Assembly (NCBI GenBank): GCA_963770975.1
Contig: CAVYRM010000001.1
Coordinates: 127,792-191,791 of the forward strand
Source of the DNA: an uncultured delta proteobacterium
GTDB lineage: Bacteria > Desulfobacterota > Deferrimicrobia > Deferrimicrobiales > Deferrimicrobiaceae
Direction: 5' to 3'
DNA length: 64,000 nucleotides
Positions 58,495 through 64,000 of the stretch are shown piece by piece (within the stretch, counting starts at the first letter, position 1; each line of letters starts with the position of its first letter). The notes beneath the pieces are model-generated. The model ran no database searches. It was given only the letters and a program-made list of their open reading frames with translations, and had not been told where the DNA came from. A program made the position numbers and the translations under genes.

Positions 58495-59782
58495 GGGAGG
58501 TCGGGTAATCGATCCGGCTTCACGCCGCGACGAAATCGGTCATCTCGTGCTCGAGGACGGGAAGGTCCGGGAGTTCCTGACCGGCGATCCCCCCGCGGGA
58601 TTCAAGGGGAAAGTGATCCCCGCGGAAGGGAAATGGGTCGTGCCGGGACTCGTCGACATGCACGTGCATCTGCGCGATCCGGGATACGAGTGGAAGGAGG
58701 ACCTGCATACCGGAACGTTGGCCGCGGCGGCAGGCGGTTTCACATCGGTCGCCTGCATGGCGAACACGAACCCGGTCAACGATTCCAGCGAGGTCACCCG
58801 GTTCATCGTGGAGAAAGCGCGCCGTGAAGGTGTCGTCAACGTCTTCCCCGTCGGTGCGGTGACCCGGGGACTGGAAGGGAAGGAGATGGCCGATTTCTCC
58901 GAACTCGCGGAAGCCGGGGCGGTCGCCTTCTCGGACGACGGGAAGCCGGTGGAGGACTCCCTCCTGTTCCGGCGCGCGATGGAATACATGCGTCCCTTCG
59001 GGTACCGGATCCTCTCCCACTCGGAAGATCACGTCCTGGCGGGGGGCGGCGCGGCGAACGAAGGGTGGACCTCCAAGCGACTGGGGATTCCCGGGATCCC
59101 CGCCGCCGCCGAGGAAGTCGCCATCGCCAGGGACATCCTGATCGCGCGCCAGACCGGGGGAAAGCTGCACATCCAGCACATCAGCACGCGGATGGGGGTG
59201 GAACTCCTCCGGATGGCCCGGAACGCCGGCATCGACGTCACGGGCGAGACCGCCCCGCAATATTTCACGCTGACCGATGCGGCGCTCGAAGGATACGACA
59301 CGAACGCGAAGATGAACCCGCCGCTTCGGGGGGAGGACGACCGGATGGCGGTCCTCGAGGGGATCCTGGACGGAACGATCGACGCGATCGCCTCCGACCA
59401 CGCCCCGCACGAACGGTACGTCAAGCGGTGTGAATTCACCACCGCCGCGAACGGGATCATCGGCCTCCAGACCACCCTTCCGCTCTCGCTCTCCCTGATT
59501 CCCGGCGGAAAGGTGTCGCCGTCGCGCATCGTGGAGCTTCTTTCCACCTCGCCCGCGCGGATCCTCTCCCTGGGGGGGAAAGGGACCCTCGCCGCGGGAG
59601 CCGATGCCGACGTGACGATCATCGATCCCGACGAGGAAAGGGAATTCCGAACGGAGGATATCCTCTCCCGGTCGAAAAACAGTCCCTTCATCGGCTGGAA
59701 GATGCGCGGGATCGCCGCCGCGACGATCTGCGGCGGGCGGATCCGTCATTCGGTGTTCGCCGGAGTGGCCGCGGATGCCTGA
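58481..59782 (+). CDS. pyrC: dihydroorotase (or dihydroorotase-like)
   Basis: [12 protein letters not shown]...[10 protein letters not shown]. Amidohydrolase metal ligands. Its start overlaps the pyrB end. Confidence 0.88.
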   Translation: MLLIRGGRVIDPASRRDEIGHLVLEDGKVREFLTGDPPAGFKGKVIPAEGKWVVPGLVDMHVHLRDPGYEWKEDLHTGTLAAAAGGFTSVACMANTNPVNDSSEVTRFIVEKARREGVVNVFPVGAVTRGLEGKEMADFSELAEAGAVAFSDDGKPVEDSLLFRRAMEYMRPFGYRILSHSEDHVLAGGGAANEGWTSKRLGIPGIPAAAEEVAIARDILIARQTGGKLHIQHISTRMGVELLRMARNAGIDVTGETAPQYFTLTDAALEGYDTNAKMNPPLRGEDDRMAVLEGILDGTIDAIASDHAPHERYVKRCEFTTAANGIIGLQTTLPLSLSLIPGGKVSPSRIVELLSTSPARILSLGGKGTLAAGADADVTIIDPDEEREFRTEDILSRSKNSPFIGWKMRGIAAATICGGRIRHSVFAGVAADA

Positions 59783-60923
59783 TCGGAAGGCGCTCCTGGT
59801 CCTCGCGGACGGGACGGTGTTCGAAGGGACCTCCTTCGGCTACGAAGGGGAGTGCAGCGGGGAGGTCGTCTTCAACACGGGGATGACCGGGTACCAGGAA
59901 GTGCTGACGGATCCATCCTACAAGGGCCAGATCGTCACGATGACCTATCCCGAAATCGGGAACACGGGGATCAACCCGGAGGACGTCGAATCGAACCGGC
60001 CCTGGGTGGAGGGATTCGTCGTGCGGGAGTCGTGGGGGCCGCCGTCGAGCTGGAGGCACGTCGAGTCGCTCGACGCCTACCTGCGGAGGTACAGGGTGTG
60101 CGGCATATCGGGGATAGACACCCGCGCGCTGACCCGGAGGCTGCGGGACGGCGGATCCCAGATGGCGGTCCTTTCGGCGTCGGATCCCGATCCGGGCCGG
60201 CTGGCGGCGAAGGCGCGGGAACTGCCGTCCATCGTGGGAGCGGACCTGGTGAGGGAAGTCACCTCGGACCGCGTGACGCATTGGGACACCGGCGATTGGG
60301 ACCTCGAAAAGGGATACCTGCCCGCCGCCGCCTTCCGCGAACGGTTCGGACGCACGCCGCGGATCGTCGCGATGGATTTCGGAATCAAGCAGAACATCCT
60401 GCGGATGATGGTCTCCCACGGCTTCGACGTGACCGTCGTCCCCGCGGGCACGCCCTCCGGCGAGATTCTCGACCGCAAGCCGGACGGCGTCTTCCTCTCG
60501 AACGGTCCGGGAGATCCCGAGGGGGTGCCGTACGCGGTGGAGACCGTGCGGGGGCTTCTCGGGCGGCTTCCGATGTTCGGCATCTGCCTCGGACACCAGA
60601 TCATGGGCCTCGCATTGGGGGGGAGGACGTTCAAGCTCAAGTTCGGCCATCACGGATGCAACCAGCCGGTGAAGGACCTTGCGACCGGCCGGGTGGAGAT
60701 CACCAGCCAGAACCACAACTTCTCCGTCGATCCCGCCTCCCTCGGAGACCGCGCGCGGGTCACCCACGTGAACCTGAACGACGGCACCGTGGAGGGCCTC
60801 TCGGTGCCCGCGATGCGCTGCTTCTCCGTGCAATACCACCCCGAGGCGTCGCCCGGGCCGCACGACTCACGGTACCTCTTCACGCGCTTCCACCGGTTTC
60901 TTTGCGGGGAAGAGGATCTGTAA
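59775..60923 (+). CDS. carA: carbamoyl-phosphate synthase small (glutaminase) subunit
   Basis: [11 protein letters not shown]...GICLGHQ...HPE matches CarA. Confidence 0.94.
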   Translation: MPDRKALLVLADGTVFEGTSFGYEGECSGEVVFNTGMTGYQEVLTDPSYKGQIVTMTYPEIGNTGINPEDVESNRPWVEGFVVRESWGPPSSWRHVESLDAYLRRYRVCGISGIDTRALTRRLRDGGSQMAVLSASDPDPGRLAAKARELPSIVGADLVREVTSDRVTHWDTGDWDLEKGYLPAAAFRERFGRTPRIVAMDFGIKQNILRMMVSHGFDVTVVPAGTPSGEILDRKPDGVFLSNGPGDPEGVPYAVETVRGLLGRLPMFGICLGHQIMGLALGGRTFKLKFGHHGCNQPVKDLATGRVEITSQNHNFSVDPASLGDRARVTHVNLNDGTVEGLSVPAMRCFSVQYHPEASPGPHDSRYLFTRFHRFLCGEEDL

Positions 60924-61810
60924 GTGCCCCCGGATCCCATGCGCTCCGAAGCGTTTCCCCCGATGGCTGCGCTGTCCGCCTGCCGGCTCTGCCCCAGGGA
61001 GTGCGGCGTGAACCGGCTCGAAGGCGGGCGGGGATACTGCGGCGCGGGGAAATTGGTGCGAGTGGCCGCCGTATCCCTGCACCACGGCGAGGAACCGCCG
61101 ATCTCCGGGACGCGCGGGTCGGGGACGGTATTTTTCAGCCACTGCAACATGAAATGCATCTTCTGCCAGAACTACCCGATCAGCCAGTACGGCAACGGCC
61201 GGGAGATGGACGCCGAATCGCTGGCGGCGGCGATTCTTCGCCTGGAGGCGATGGGAGCGCACAACGTGAACTTCGTCACGCCCACTCCGCACGTGCCCCA
61301 GATGATGGAGGCGGTCCTGATCGCGCGCGGAAGAGGACTCGGGATCCCGGTGCTCTACAATACGAACGGGTACGACTCCCTCGATACGATCTCCCTTCTC
61401 GAAGGCGTCGTCGATATCTACCTTCCGGACGCGAAATACCGGTCCGCCGAACTGGCGGAAGCCGCATCCGGAACGCCGGACTACCCCCTCCGCAACGAGG
61501 AGGCGATCGCCGGGATGGTCCGGCAGGTCGGGTTTCTCGCCGCCGATGAAGGCGGGACCGCGTCGCGGGGCGTCCTGGTCCGCCACCTCGTCCTCCCCGG
61601 CAGGGTGGAGGAGACCAGGGACGTGCTTCGCCATCTATCGGAACAGTACGGCCCCGATCTCCCGTTGTCGCTGATGGGACAGTACTTCCCGGCCTGGCGT
61701 GCCGGTTCGACGCCGGGATTCGGGAGAAAACTCACGCGCAGGGAGTATGACGACGCGGTCGAAGCCGCGGATCGGCTCGGAATGCGCAACGTGTTCATCC
61801 AGGAGATATC

Positions 61811-61832
<22 letters not shown>
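60924..61832 (+). CDS. radical SAM protein (PflA-activase / AmmeMemoRadiSam-like) inserted between carA and carB
   Basis: [10 protein letters not shown] is the Cx3Cx2C SAM-cluster motif. An N-terminal [11 protein letters not shown]...YCG Cys motif is also present. GTG start immediately after the carA stop. Confidence 0.75.

Positions 61833-64000
<2,168 letters not shown>

Overview
This is a high-GC (~65%) bacterial chromosomal window in which every supportable gene lies on the + strand. The left half is the str–S10–spc–alpha ribosomal superoperon: the rpoC 3' part, rpsL-rpsG-fusA-tuf, rpsJ through rplQ with secY-adk-map-infA-rpmJ, and rpoA. The right part holds housekeeping operons: ftsB-argS-SPOR, a trp operon (trpE, fused trpGD, trpC, trpB2, trpF, trpB, trpA), accD-folC-lptD, an epimerase, lepA-lepB, and a PyrR-attenuated pyrR-pyrB-pyrC-carA-(radical SAM)-carB operon that runs off the window end. 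Between rplQ and ftsB sits a ~14 kb co-directional accessory cluster, translationally coupled at most junctions. It starts at a Fur-box promoter: fur, feoB, a small Cys-rich ORF, and a DtxR-like repressor. It continues with a PEGA-domain protein, a 12-heme c-type cytochrome, exbB-exbD-tonB with no TonB-dependent receptor, a CbcA/CbcB-like heptaheme c plus diheme b (TPR-fused) pair, a 3-heme cytochrome, an NHL beta-propeller, a DUF4177 protein and a ~30-heme giant cytochrome. This looks like an iron-regulated, possibly TonB-energised, multiheme electron-transfer / reductive iron-acquisition module and is the best candidate for a new system. The gene content (multiheme cytochromes, Cbc-like pair, PyrR, TrpB2) suggests an anaerobic Geobacter/Desulfuromonadota-like lineage, but that cannot be proven from the sequence alone. 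Three genes (giant cytochrome, trpE, trpF) carry single-base frameshifts, all in G/C homopolymers, so assembly errors are as likely as true pseudogenes. No rRNA, tRNA, CRISPR or mobile element was found.
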